A DNA stretch of 64,000 nt, taken from assembly GCA_964016885.1 (NCBI GenBank), contig OZ024740.1, positions 311,488,001 to 311,552,000 on the forward strand, in the 5' to 3' direction. Shown one piece after another: positions 14,001 through 29,100 of the stretch. The first letter of the stretch is position 1, and each line of letters begins with the position of its first letter. The notes beneath the pieces are model-generated. The model had not been told where the DNA came from. It did not search any database and was given only the letters and a program-made list of their open reading frames with translations. Made by a program: the position numbers and the translations under genes. Source of the DNA: Eledone cirrhosa (taxonomy: Eukaryota).

Positions 14001-15911
14001 ATGTCTGATATGTTGTAAAAGAGTTAGTATGGATTCCATACTGTCCCCTTTATAAATCATGGATGCACAAAAGACGTAGTGGTATCATTGCCAGGCTATT
14101 GGAGTAAGTAGATTTTGAATGCAGCAGATGCACATGGATTGTAAGCAGTCAAAGCTTATATTAACTAGATGACGTAACTGGCAGTAGAGGTGGGTGGTCT
14201 GAAAACATATTAGCTAGAATAAAAATACGATGGCAAAAGTTCAAAGAGCTATTAACTCTACTGGTAACAAAGACTTTCATTGTCAGAGTAAATGACAGGC
14301 TGTATTATATTTATGTACAAAGTGTAGTGCAACATAATAGTAAGATGAAAGCCTTCATGGGATTTACTAAGACTAGAAAGAAATGAAGTGAGTATGCTTC
14401 ACTGGATGTGTAATGAACGATGTGGAACAAGTAGACACAAGAAAACATAGAATGTTGTAGTGAAGACTGATCTTAGGAGACTGAATCTCAGGTTAGTGAC
14501 ATGATACTGGAGATAACCCACCCATTCATGCGAGCATAACAAAATGAGTGTCCTGCAGTTTGCATCTACCAAATTCTCCTCACAAGGTATTGATCAAACT
14601 GAGCTAACACTTGCACAAGATGCCAAATATGTTTGAACCTGGAAGCATGTGGTTGTGGAGCAAACTTCTTAACCATACTGCTATACCTGCCATTTATAAT
14701 ATAATACATTTAACATGTAAACTTTTCATGCTAAGAAGACTGTTTCGAAGTTCCACCTTTTTGATATCAAACTTCCTGAAGCCGTCCCTGATTCTATAAT
14801 ATAAAACTGTGTTTTAAGGTATTAATATTTAGCTAAAACCCTTCTACCATATTTCTTTGTAAAAACCTTTTAAAGTTATATTCCAAACATCAGCTTAGTA
14901 ATGAGAAAGTTAATTATTTTACTAAATCCCTCCAAATTCTTGATTATTTTGAAAATGATTTGAAAACCATAGACAGTGTCTTTCATTAGAAATATAGTAA
15001 CACGTGCTAATGAAATGTAATTACTTACCATAAATACATAATGTTTATCTGGCATTTCACCACCAGTACGGAAAAGAGCCATCAAATCATAAAACTGGAA
15101 ATAAATACGCAGGTAAGTGATGAAAAAATACTCCAAATAATGAAATAAAAGCATTAAAAAACAATATTTTTTATCAGTAGAAGTTAATTAAAATCAAGAT
15201 AATGCAAAAATACACCAACAAAATTTTTTTATAAATTGGATAGCTGGGTCAGATAAGGGAGTGCAGAACTCATGGACATTTGTGAAGCCTCATTGAGAGG
15301 TAGGAGGAGAAGAGGGAGGGGAAAGAAAAAAAAAATCACAATTCATAAGTTGTTGAGTAGGATGCAATGCATCAGAATATCGAGTTATTCTCAAAACAGA
15401 GACCTAGTCAAAATGCTTGCAGCAGAGTGGACTCTGCTAAAGAAACTCAAATGCTGAGTGGTGGCACTGAGTCAACAACATTGTTCCAGTTTACTCAGCT
15501 GTGTAGAAATGAGATGATAGGCCTGGGGTCCCTATCATTCCACTGCAAAGTGGTCGTGGAGGTGCCACGGCAAAAAAGCACCCAGCCCACACTGTAAAGT
15601 GGACGTGTAGGCGCCACGGAAAAAAAAGCACCCAGCACTTACTGTAAATGAGGCTGGTGTTAGGAAGGGCATCCAGCTGTAGAAATCAAGCCAGAATCAG
15701 TTCCCGTATGAGCAAGACAAGGTCAGCCAACAGGACAATCCGTCTAACCCATGCTAGCGTGGAAGAATGGACATAAACGGTGATGATGATGGTGATGAGT
15801 ACAGAGGACTCTTTAGTAATGCAGAGGTCATGACAATCCACCAAGAGCTGCTGCCATAATAAAAAGCACACAGTACACTGTAAAGCAGTTGATATTAAGG
15901 CAGGCATCCAG

Positions 15912-15943
<32 letters not shown>

Positions 15944-18900
15944 GGTTTAGCGTCCGTGTTCCACGCTTGCATGGGTTTGGACGGGGGTTTTCCCACTTGA
16001 GGCAAGAGTGGTTGTCTTGCTCGCATAGGACTGTCTGGCGGGTTTTCTACAGTTGGATGCCCTTCCTAACACCAACCACATTTACAGTGTGGGGCTGGGA
16101 GGTTTTTACCGTGTTGCCTACACGGCCACATTACAGCGTGGACTGTCTGGCGGGTTTTCTACAGCTGGATGCCCTTCCTAACACCAACCACATTTACAGT
16201 GTGGGGCTGGGAGGTTTTTACCGTGTTGCCTACACGGCCACATTTACAGCGTGGACTGTGTGTTTTTTTGTCGTGACACCTACACGATCTCATTTGTTTC
16301 GGCCTGGATGTTGTGGGACCAACATAACTGTACATTGAAAGGGGCGGTGTGGATGGGGTGGAGGTGGTGGGACGGGGGGGGTGTTTTGATAGAGATGCCT
16401 ACTGACTGTAGTAGGTTTTTACTTTGTATTTAGGTAAGGCGGGTCTTCTCTATTACTGAGTACCGCCAAAGGGCTCGGTCCAGTGACATTGTCTTGGAGA
16501 GGTGTAAGCGTGTGAGGTCGGAATTTATCAGCTCGTCCCATGTTTTTCTGGGTCTGCCTACTCCGTGGCTACCGTCTATCTTTATTGCCCTGCACTTTGT
16601 TATACAGCTGTCGTCTTTCATGCGCATCACGTGACCGTACCAACGTAGCCTTCTCTCGAGTAAACAACATCTGATCCCTCTTATTTCTAATTTTTTCCTT
16701 AGTTCGTTTATGCTTTGCCGTTCACGTATATTACTATTGCACATCCAGTGGAGCATGCAAGCTTCGTTCCTCTCTAGTCTGCGTATATCCTCTGCACACA
16801 ATGCCCAGGTCTCACTGCCATGCAACATTGCTGTTCGTATGCAGGCATCGTATAACCTGCCTTTCATTTTTAGGGAGAACCCTCTAGCGGCTAATAGTGG
16901 TATAAGCTCTCTGAACTTTTTCCATCCAGCAGTAGAAACAATACTCAGAATAGAATATACGAACAAGATGTTGTCCCTTGAGCCATCTAGAAAGACAGTA
17001 ACTCCCAATACGAATTGACTCAGACTGTAACAACCATGCAGTATGAAAAGCAGACGTAAAATGAAAATGACGATGCAACTTCAAAGGAAGGAATAAAGTA
17101 GTTATCCAGCAAAGTATCTACTACATATTAATAGTCCATGTAAATTGTTGGTATATTAAATACTACACAGAAAATACAACACTTACCTGTCCATGAATAT
17201 CTCCACATACAATAACTGGTGTTGACACAGGCTGTACATTGGATTCTTCCAGTAAAAGTTCACATACTAGTTCACATAGTTTCTATAATAAAAACCAGAA
17301 GACCATTTAAAACCCTGCTTTACTTAGAATTTAAATAAATATATCTTCAACTCACAAGTGTTTGAATGTTATTGAATAGGGAAAATATAGATATTAAGTT
17401 ATTAAGTTTGAAGTTAGAAAAAATTGGCAGAAGAAAATGCTTTAAGCTCAAATTTAAGGACCACTGCCAGGTACTGATTGTGGACCCTATTGAATGCTTT
17501 CAATTGATCTAAGTTGATAAGTGTCCCACCTGTGCCAGCTCTCTTTGATGTATTGCATAAGGTGAAGGTTGTTGTGGATTGATCTCTTCAGAATGGCATG
17601 TCTGTGCCTTCCCTACGAAACCACAGACGAAAAGCAGCAACCTAACACCTTGGCTAAAATTTTGAACTCTGCATTTAGTAAAGTTATGTGCCTAAAATTA
17701 TCAATATAATCCCCTTTGTTTGGGTCCTTTCTCAGCAGTGCCACTGCTCCTTAGCTCACAGAACTGAGAATTCTCCCATTCTGCTACCAGTTGCAATAGA
17801 CATCTGCCAAGAGGTCACCGAACAAATTTGGCATATAAATGTAAAGCTCGTAGGGCAGACCATCCAAACCAGGTGATTTTAGTCATTGCCTCTTGTATTT
17901 CAGCAGCTGTTATTGGCTTTTTGCAACAATCCCCCTATTTTACCGAAAACCGCAGCAGGCCATCAAGGTAGGCATTTAAAGTCCATCCCACTATCTGGCC
18001 CACTGTTGCTCCCGCACAGTTGAGTAAAGTGCTGCTGGAAAGTCACACACATCTGCTTGGGATCAAGTAACATGCACCCATCGTGGTGTGCTAAAGATAG
18101 GATTGTGACTTTGTTGCTACACTGTGCCTCCACCATTCAGGCCCATTGAACAACTTTCGTCCTCACGCATCTAAGAGCAGACACCTTAGCTCTGACAATG
18201 CAGCCTTCATAATTAACATTGAAGAATTGGTCCAGGGCCAATCTCACCACAAGCATGTTGGTTGTAATGCCTTTGCTAATTGCTTCTTCTAATTTTCTCT
18301 ATTGCTACGACTTTACTAGACCTTATCAATTCTACTCTGATCGCCCTGAAAATGGCGAACCACCATTTGTTGGTCGTCGGGTTGGTGTTGATGCTGGTAG
18401 CGGGGTGTAGGTGCATGTATTTGTTGGTTTCTGACTTTTGCATCTATTTTTAGAGGATATAGAAGTTTTTTTTTGGGGGGGGGGGGGCACTCCTCATCCT
18501 CGTCTGAATTTAGGTTCAACTATGTGACAACAGGGAGTGGCATGTCTTCGATGGACGTTGATGTTGTTGTTCTTCGTCTTAAGTGTTGATGATGATGTTA
18601 TTGTCTGAGTTTTGCTAGTTGTTGTAGCTGAGTTTTTTTTTTGCTGTTTGTAGGAGAGGAATATCCTCTCTTTCCCTTTCAAATTTGAGCAGGAGGTTCT
18701 TAGGTGATTTGTCGAAAGACAAATGTGACACTTGGCCATCCTCCATTCTACCCTAATGAGTAGGATGATGCCACCTGGGAGACGTATCTGTTCTGGAATG
18801 GCGTCCACATTCCTTTGATTGGTTTGAATTGGGATTTCAACCTCCGTCTCTGACCAGTTATCCTTTAGTCTGGTAGACTTCGAGGATTTTCAAGTTTTTC

Positions 18901-20144
18901 TCGATGTCTACCGTGACTGCAGCAATTAGCCAAGGAATGGCTATGTCCTGTTGTACAGGAAACAGCCATTCCTTACAACTCTCTATCTGCAGTAGTAAAG
19001 GACCAGCAGATCTCTTCGCTTTGTAACAGTTTTAAGGAATGAGATCTTGCTTCCTCTTCTGTTGCAAATCTCACATCCACCATGCCAAAACCACTACCTC
19101 TTTGTATGTAAGTTTTTAAGTTCTATATGGAACCTAAAGATATTATAATTGCATTTCTGTGGCTCTCCACCTTCCTAATTTTTTAAACCAATAATACGGT
19201 ACATCACTGTGCAGCAGATCATATTTTGGATGGTGTCAACAGGGGTGTTGAGGCTGAAAATATAGCTGGCTCTTTCCACCAGCGCTCTAGCTTGTACTTC
19301 TTCCACAGAGTAACTAACATTTTGGAAGAATGATTTTGTAGCACTAGCAAAAGATATCTTACCACTAGTGCTGGCATTTTTGGCTGGCTCACTGTTGTTG
19401 TCGTCATTGGTTCCCTTATAGTCGTGTTCGTTATAGCCATTTTTTATTTTATAGCTATTGTTTTTGTTGTTATCGCTGTTTTCAGTGCTATTATTGTCAT
19501 TATTCCTGTTACTATTGTTAACAATATTGTTATTTTCTGTATTCAAAACCATATTTAAAATAATATGGTTTGTTGTTTTGTTTTCGCTGCCATTGAAGAA
19601 ACGCTGTCTTTCTCATCCTCCTCACTTCAGCTGTTGACAGGAACTACCGCTCTCTTCTATCTCGATGTTGTCTCTTCTTGGTAGCATCCATGTTATCTTT
19701 TGTTGGAAAAATTTGTTTGAAAATCAAAACTGTCGACAGCCCCTGTAAGGGGTTGTTGTATCAAAACGACAGCTCCACCTGTGACAAGCAGGTTAAACCC
19801 CCCCCCCCCCCCCACACACACACACACACAAAAAATAAAACTCTTGTCAAGTTTAAAACTTGAATACAAGATTAGAATTGGAGTAAACAAACAAAACAAT
19901 TGAACATTTTTGAGAGCTGAGAAAAAGCATGCTTCTACCTCAGTAGTTAATAATAATAATTGTTTCTACTTTTGGCACAAGGCCAGCAATTACTCAGTAC
20001 ATTACTGGTACTTTATTTTATCGACCCCGTAAGGATGAAAGGCAAAGTTAACCTCAGCGAGATTTGAACTCAGAATGGAAAGGGCCGTAACTCTATGCGT
20101 TAAAGCATGGCGTCCGACCCTCTACCGATACTGCCAATCCACAC

Positions 20145-20177
<33 letters not shown>

Positions 20178-23100
20178 TGTTTCTACTTTTGGCACAAGGC
20201 CAGCAATTACCCAGTATATTACTGGTACTTTATTTTATCGACCCTGTAAGGATGAAAGGCAAAGTTAACCTCGGCGGGATTTGAACTCAAACCGTAAAGA
20301 GACGTAACTATGCTGGAAAGCATGGCATCCAACTCTCTACCAATACTGCCAATTCACCGCCCTAATATAATAATAATAATGGCTTCTGATTTGGGCACAA
20401 AACCAACAATTCCTTTGGTGGGGAAGTCGATTAAATCGACCCCAGTGCATTACTGGTACTTTATTAATAATAATTTTGCTGATGTTTGAGTCCTTATGGC
20501 ATCATATGTATGACAATTGATTGTAAAATGTATGTATTATCAAATTTTGCCTCAGGTGCCAAGTCAACACTCAGCATGGCATATTAGTGCGGGCTGTGAA
20601 CGGAGCAGATTTGTTTGGAACTAACACTGGTGACAAAAGTAAAGGAGAGGTACAAAATGAACATGAAACAGCATGTGAGGGGAAGACACTACAGGGAAGT
20701 TCAGAAAAGCAACAAATGAAGTGAGAATAAAATCATGGGATTGGCTAAAGAAGGGGTATTTGAAAAAGGAAACAGAACAATAATTGCAGTTATTAGATAT
20801 AGTAAGGCTATTTTAAATTGGACCATAGAAGAAATAGAGAAGTTGGCTAGATTAACACATAAGAAAATGGTTGAGAATGGTGCACTGCACTCAAAGACAA
20901 TTGTCATCAGGCTCTGTACACTACAGCAGTGCTACTCAAAGAAATATGGGCTTGCAAACCACTGAGAAATGGTATCAGCACAAACCAGAGAGGGTTCTAG
21001 AAAATCAAACTCTGAAACTCTTGTGGGACTTTACAATTCAAACAGATAGAATTCTTGAAAATACAAGGTCAGACATAACTTTGGTGGAGAAAGGTACTGA
21101 AAGAAGGTGTTTGTTAATCGATGTAGCTTGTCCTGGAGACCAATACATCACTGGTAAAGAAAATGAGAAAATTGTAAAGTATGCAGTCTTGAGAATGGAT
21201 GTTGAGAAAATGTAGAATATGAAAGTAAGAGTGATACTAATTGTGATTGGAGCACTTGGGTCAGTGAGAGAAAACCCTGAGAAAAACCTTGATAGAAATA
21301 GAATCAGCCCCAGCATTATGACATTGCAGAAAACAACACTTTTGGGAACAGGAAATATCTTGTGGAGGGTACTGTCTCTGTGATTATATAACTTTATAGG
21401 AAGTCAATTAAATGCACCCAGTATAATCTGTAGAGTGCAGAAATATATGTATGTGAAATGTGAGCCCCCCAGGCCATCTGAGAAGTCAGTAGCACCAATT
21501 AAGAACAGACTTAATCTGTGATGACTCATCCAACCCTTGCTAGCAAGGAAAATGGACGTGAAATGATGATGGTAATAACATATGTGTGTGCATGCGTATA
21601 TGTGAATGTGTGTTTTTTATACAATTATATGACAAAGAGATATGGAAACAAAAGTTCAAGGTTTTGTAAAAATCAAACATTAGATATTTTGATAATATTT
21701 TAAATATCTAAAAGGTAAAATGTAAATATAAATATGATCTGTATTGTTATTATTTATTTATTTTCCTTCAGTAACTGTGATATGTAATGATCACTTATTT
21801 GTATAGGAAAAAGAAAAAATGTCTTTTTCATTGAGTTTAACATGAATAAATGTTACACCATCACCAGAGGACATGCAAAGACTTGAGAGAAATGAAGCAA
21901 CCATGTTTCGTTGTATGTGCAATGTAAATGTGAGAGAAAGGCAGAGCTTGGATGAACTGAGGGAGAAGCTGGGTTTAACAGGAATCCGAGATGGTGTGCA
22001 GGATAGAAGACTGCGTTGGTATGGATATGTGATGTGCATGGACAATGACTGATGGGTGAAAAAATGCCAGGAAATCCTGGTGGAAGGAAGCCACAATAGA
22101 GGATGACCAAGAAAGACCTGGGCAGAGGTTGTGAGAGCGGACATCAAATTGGTAAGACTGGCAGAGGAGATGACGAAGGAACGCGACAAGTAGAGAGATG
22201 CTGTGCTGAGAAGGACCCATCCAACCCATGCAAGCATGGAAAAGTGGGCGTAAAAACATTGATGATGATGATATATATATATATAAACACGCAAATATCA
22301 TCATCATTTATATAAGGCACCAAACAGGCAAAAGGTAGAATGGTACTGTAGATAGAGCCATAAAAGCTAAAAGACAGGCTTGGAATGACTGAAAGAATGT
22401 AGGCAGCAAGCTGAGAGAAAAACTGGGCATAAGAATCAATTGTAATGTACAAGAGAGAAAACTGTGCCGGCATGGGCATATGATGCATGTGGAAGATTAT
22501 TCATGGGTAGAGAAGTGCCAGGTGTTCCAAATGGAAGGAAGCTGCAGTAGAGTATGTTCAAGAAAGATGTGGACAAAGGCTAGAAACAAGTGGAGAGATG
22601 TTGTGCTGGAGAAGACCTATCTAACTCATGTGAGCATGGAAAAAAATGGATGAAAAACTGGCGATTATGATACACACATATTTAATGTCTATTTTCTATG
22701 CCTGCATGGGTTAGACAGATGGTCACATGTTGAAACTAGTGACAACAGGTGACATCTCCCTCATATTGTTCCATTTAGGCTTGGTTTCTATAACTAGGTG
22801 CCCTTCCTAATGTCAATCACTTCACAGTGTGTACTAAGAGCATTTTATCAAGACACAAGTACTACCACTATACAGAGTGGACTGACTGCTTTTTGTCTTG
22901 ACACCAGCACTACCCCCTTACCACTTTTCAATACTGGGCTGTAAAGGCAGTGGTGGGAATTGGGGTGTAGGATGAGAAGGGGGGTGTAGGATGAGAAGGG
23001 AGGTCTAGCTACATGGTTCTTATTGAGGAAGGGGGTCATTACACCATGGGAGAGCAAGCATCGGATCTTGGCGGTGGCTTTGAAAGGAGTGAGTTGTATC

Positions 23101-26100
23101 TGGTTGTATATTCCGGCATTCTATACTGGCATGGTTGGACAAAGAAGGTGAAATCAGGGAGGTTGGGGCAGCACATTTATGGTGATTCGAGTTGGACAAG
23201 GAGCAAGGTGAAGGATGTGAGTGGTGTGAGACTAAGAAGGAAGACAGATATGGAAAGCTGGGGACAGTTAGGGGGCATCACATGGGGAGGGTAGATGGTG
23301 GAGTCTAGTAGAGTTGGAAGTATGTTGGCAGGCAAGGGCCTGAATGTTGTTTCATCATTCTGCAATCCCGTTTCATTTCATCCCACTTGTGTTGTGCGTG
23401 TGTGTGCAACAACCCATCTAGCCCATGCCAACATGATGATGACCTGGAATGTCTTTGATCATAAGTCTACTTGTCAATATTGATCTAAACAACAATAGCT
23501 TAAACTAACTGTCCATCAAATATAAGGAGAAACAGAAACATCTCCAGTTGGAGATTGAATGTTCATAACCATCAGTCTTTTTACTGGTTTAGATAAAATC
23601 AATTAGGATTTCAGCCCTAACTGGCTGACTGTTGACCAGTTGTAAGTTGGTTGTTGATTAGTTGGATAGTTAATTGGTTATTAAACACTGTACATATAAT
23701 TACAATAAACCTTATTTCTTTTCTAAAACCATGGATATGGCTGTTATTTAGTGTGTCCATTTGATATTTCCAAAAATGATGATTAAAACGCCCTGCTATG
23801 ATTATGATATCCTTGTTATGTGTTTCTTCTCATATGGTTGGCTTTACAGAACTGATCTATCAGCTTATGCAGTATAAATTACATTGGCCATCATGTCAAT
23901 TACTAGTTGCAGTTCAATATTTCTATTACCATCTCTGGCTACATGTAGCTTATGAAGCCAACAGAGGAGAGTATATATAGTTACTTGACCTGCAAGAAAT
24001 AGTAACCAGATCACCTTCAAACTTCACCCAACCTTTGAATACATTGTATAGTGTGATCCTTGATGCACTATTTCTAAAAAAAAGAATGGTATAGTCATGT
24101 TTGGAACATACTTGGTCATTATTAATCTAATTCTATTACTTTCACAACTTGATCCATCAATTTTATGTCTCTGTAGTTACTCCTTAAAATTTTACCCTTG
24201 TAGCAATTAATGATGATACTATTACACCATTCATCATGCATGACACCATCACTTGTTGATTATGCGAGTGACTAAATCAAGCCCTACTCCAACTATCCCA
24301 GATGGTCCAGTAGCTTTTCCTTTTTTCACATCCATAATGAACTCTTTAAACATAACTGTCAACCTCAATAGCTAGTCCCCATATTGGGTCTACTGGGAGT
24401 AGTCCCTCTTCTTCCCCCACATTCAGCATGCCTCTTTCTTCTGAGCATCAGTGGAGGAAAAGGCACCAGAATTATTCTGGACACATTTTACCCAATGTTT
24501 TGATTCACAGATATATTGCTTTACTATCTAAAATACCTCATGCGTCAGATTATCTCATTACCAAACCTTGGAAAACCTACTTTCAGGTTCTCTTTGAGCC
24601 ACATAAATCTGATGATGGCTAGTTTTCCTTCTAGCTAAATGATAGTGTTTTTGCTTCCTCCTTTCTTCCAATTTTTTCAGATCTGTATTTTATTTTTATG
24701 GCTTCCCTCCTAAATCAAATGTAAAAATTAATCCTAAAGTCTTCTAGAGGTTTCTGAAAAAACAAAGATCACAGAACCATTATTTTAAGGAAATGCCCAC
24801 CTTACTGTAGATCCTTAAAAAGTAAATATACTATTCTACAGAATTTTTCACCTCACTGGTAGAAATACAAATAGCTAATGTCTTCAATGCTACAACTTTC
24901 CATAGCGAAGCAGTAATCGTCAATTACAATGATAAAAGAAGATATATTATCTGCCTCAGGCAGACTGATATAACTCAGCAACAGGTCCCAATGGTTTTCA
25001 AACAATTTTCATAAAAACATACAAAAAAGGGTTAAGCTAAACCACTTTGGGTATTTCTTCAAACATCCCTTAGAAATGGTAAGCTCCCCCCAAAACATGA
25101 AATAGATCATATGCTCTCTCTACAAAGAAAAAAAGCAATAAAAATACTAAAAACTATAAACCTATCTCTCTGACTTCACATATCAGTAAGGGCAGAAAAG
25201 AAAAAAAAACTTTTACATTCAGCTAGAAACTGTAACGCACAAATTTTGCAAAAGGTTCTGACAAATTTGATCATAGCATAATAGATCTTGGCATGGTTAG
25301 AAAACTATGAGAATGGTAGTATGACTTTTTAACACTTAACATCTTGTACTGCATAAAACTAAATTAACAAGACATTCTTGAAAAATATAAAACAGCACTA
25401 TGATTGCCATTACATTAAAAATTCAACTCTAGTTTACTGCAAATTTTCCCAATTTGTTCACCAGTAAAGATACAATAAACATTTGAATTAACAAACCCAT
25501 ATCTAAACGTTTTCTGTGAAATCATTACAGGATGTTAAGGGTTACGGGACTGAATTCAATTCCTTGTAGCCTTTAACCCTTTAGCATTTAAACCGGCAAT
25601 GTCCAGCCAGAATTCTCTCACCTCTTTCTGTTCAAACCAGCTGTAACTGGCCGCTCATATTTATGATAAGGTATTGTTCTCAAAATAAATAATGTCAAAA
25701 TCTCGTAGATTCGATATTGTGTGAGTTATTATGTAAGATAAAGCTTTTACAACAAAAATACAATAGTAAATATAGAATAATGTAAATGCTAAAGAGTTAA
25801 AAACAAAAAATCAATAGTACATAGTAGATTGCATCAAGGAAGTGTCACAAGACCATTAATATTTGCAACAGCTCTCTCAGGCATGCTATGATAATGATTT
25901 AAAAATATCAAAAACATTTGCAAGTCCCAATGATGTCAAAAAACCCACAGAAAAACCTAGAAACTATTTGTGAGTGGATGGATGAAACGAATATGCAATT
26001 CAAAGTTGGACAATTCGAAGCACTTTACTCTTAACCCACTAACACAATAAAACATAAATATAAAGGGCCAAGAGTAATTGCAATCCTAAAAAAACTGAGA

Positions 26101-29100
26101 CTTATGAAGTAATATTTACTAAAATGGCAATAGCATTCAGGCTAGATCTTGAGATTATTTAGAACAAGATATGTCCTAATAGCCCCTTAGGAGATACCCT
26201 TTTCAATTCTTTTATTAATCAGCAGGGGAAAGCTAGAACCAATGACCTTTTTTTGAAGCCTCAAACACTGATGATAAGAAAGAAGGAAATTATCTTCAGA
26301 CCAGAAACCTACTCCAAATGCTTGCAACAAAGTGAATTCAACTAAAACTAGATTAAGTCTTCGACCAAGGAACAGATATAATCCTTCCAACAAGCTTCCA
26401 GCTTCTATCCTTTAAATTTCACACATAATGCTTTGGTCAACATGAGGCTATTGTAGAAGACATGGCCCAAAACAAATAATTTTGAAGCAAACTCTTAACC
26501 ATATGGCTATGACTGTACCTATTCTTTTTAGTCATCTAAATTCTTGCTCCCAGCTATGGTCTTCTCATAGTGTTAAGTTCATTAATTTGATACAATCCAA
26601 CAAAGAATATTGCTTCTATGCAATCTTGTTTGCCACAGTTAAATTTAGGAGATGTTAAAAGCTTTAATACTCTTGTTTCTGGAGTGAAAAGGTAAGAGAT
26701 ACATGCTAATTTATTTCTGAAAGGCATTCTAAGTCCTAGTATTTTACATTCAAAACTCTCTAAAACTCTGATCTGAGCAATATTGAATTGTTATGGATTC
26801 TGCATCCTCCATCCCAAATTATGACTAGATATTGCAATAGCCTATAGTTAAAAAAGCAGCAGCTCTTCAATATCCTCCAACAAAACATAAGTGATTGACA
26901 TGGAGTAGATATTAATTGATTCAAGCAACAATTAGACAATACCAAGCATAAGAAAAAAGCTACCACAGTATTGATGGTGGTGTATCAGAGTGGCCAAAGC
27001 CCAGTTGCTGGAACCAGTATAAGGGTAATATCCAAATTATCGATAAGTTACAACCTAAACTACCCTATAAATAACACAAATCAAATGCAGTAACACTTTA
27101 ACATCTGACACTATGATAATGACAACCACACGTGTTATGAGCTTACTATATGGCATCGTGTTTTATATAACTAATGGTGGTTCCAGATAAAAGATCTGAA
27201 TTCAAAGTCCAGTATGACTATTATGGCCTATCACCATCGCAATATTGATAACATCGGCACAATAAGTAAATTATTTAAAAATCAATATTCTACTAGAACA
27301 AAATCGTAAGCCAAGAATCTGTTTTCTACTGAAACATGAAAACAGTAACCAATATTAAAAGAATGTAAGTCTGGTCACTGGATTGTACGCATTCGTGTAG
27401 TCATCACAAAGAATGGTCAAATGTTAATAATAGAAAATAGTTATACTAAACTAAATAGGACAGAGTGATAATGTTCTGGTGGTACTTTTTTCTGAAATAG
27501 AATACTTCTGGTTTTTAGCTACTCTTATAACAATAAAGCATACAAGATATAAAATTCAATAATTCACATTATACTACGGTAGTAATGTTGACAGATATCA
27601 TTGAGCTGTTTGAAGTGAATATTTTCAATAAAAAATAATATAAAAGAAGGAAGTCAATAAAATTGATAAAGAGATAAGCTTTTGCCATTAAAAATATTTA
27701 ACATCTAAAACGTATTTAAACAAATCTGTGCTAACACAGACTATCCGATTATATATTGTTACGATTTGAGGCTGTGGTAGTTATAGCGTAAATAACAAAC
27801 AGAGAAGTAATCTCTCCCCATATTACTCTCACAAATGTAACTTTCATATTCACTACACTCAATACTTCAGCTATCATTACCAAAAAGGATTCTCTCCCAC
27901 AGACTATGGGTAACACATTTCCTCCTAAATACGATAATAATAAAGGATAAATTCTTCGGTTTGCATGATCTGATAAGAGGCAAAATTAGAACATCGTGAA
28001 ATATGCAAAGTCACTCGGCCGAGAGTTTACTCAAACAAAACTTTTTTAAAAAAAAGCTTTTTAGTATGTCCGTCTTCACTCAACGACGATACTTTATGTC
28101 ATAATTACTTTGAATACAGATTTATTTGCTCTTAAATTTCCCTAAATGGTTTGTTTGTTTTCTAAACAAATGTCTTAAAGGTGGCCAACGTCCATTTGAA
28201 TAAGATGTAATTTACATTACAGATCTAGTTATCCGTTAAATTCTGTTGTTTCCTCCTTTTCGAGAGATATTGATATAACGCTTGGATAGTTTAAGTATAA
28301 AATAAGCCTTTGGACAAAAAACTAGGAAACTATTTGAAATATGCTAATAATTAACAATTTAATCAGAAGTCATAATATATATTTACTTCGTGTGAAACGC
28401 AAAACATTGCAATAGAAATATGGAACATAAATCACAGCTACGATGACAATTAAGTTTTCTTTAAATAAAACTGATTGTTGGGGTATTTCTTGGGGAAGAA
28501 ACAGTGGAAAGGGGAAACAAGTTTGAAATCATGACATAAACTTCTATTATATATCGATAACGGCGAAATTATTATTTTTTTTTTAAAGAAAGAAAAAGCA
28601 AGAATATCAAGAACAAATAAAGCCATAATATAATGAATTTCTCTTTGATTTCCTATTTTTCCTCTCGGTATTCTTAGCTTTTGCTTGGTGCTACGAACCA
28701 ACAAGATCAACAAATACTTAGTTGCGTGAGTACAAGCAAATCTTGGAAGAGTTAAGAGAAATATTTCTAAAAAGTTCACTAGTTGAGAGGCGCCATCGGA
28801 ATTAGATAATTTATAACATGAAGTTGTGTGATATATCAAACGAAGGGAAAAAAACTTATATTATTAATAAGCTATTACGAAAATGTCCGGTATTTTAAGA
28901 GATTTACATACAAAGAGAAAACATTTTGAGGAACTTGATAGAACTTTCCCCTTCCCCACTATATAGATACATGTATCTATATATCTATTAAAGGAACTTA
29001 TATAGCTACATTATATAAATGTATGTGAAGGTAAGCAGAATATAGGCCAAGTAAAATATCATTTGAGAAATTAACGGTTACAAATAAACATACAATCTAT

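Noticed and set aside
19175-19552. Asn-rich ORF as a host gene
   Set aside because: It lies in line with the CCHC knuckle and RT remnants, so it is better explained as L1/Tx1 ORF1.
27110-27200. Possible intronic C/D snoRNA (ATGATAA...CTGA)
   Set aside because: Imperfect C box, no convincing terminal stem and no recognisable guide sequence.
28961-28982. 22-bp palindrome ATATAGATACATGTATCTATAT
   Set aside because: Low-complexity TA-derived sequence, expected by chance in this genome.
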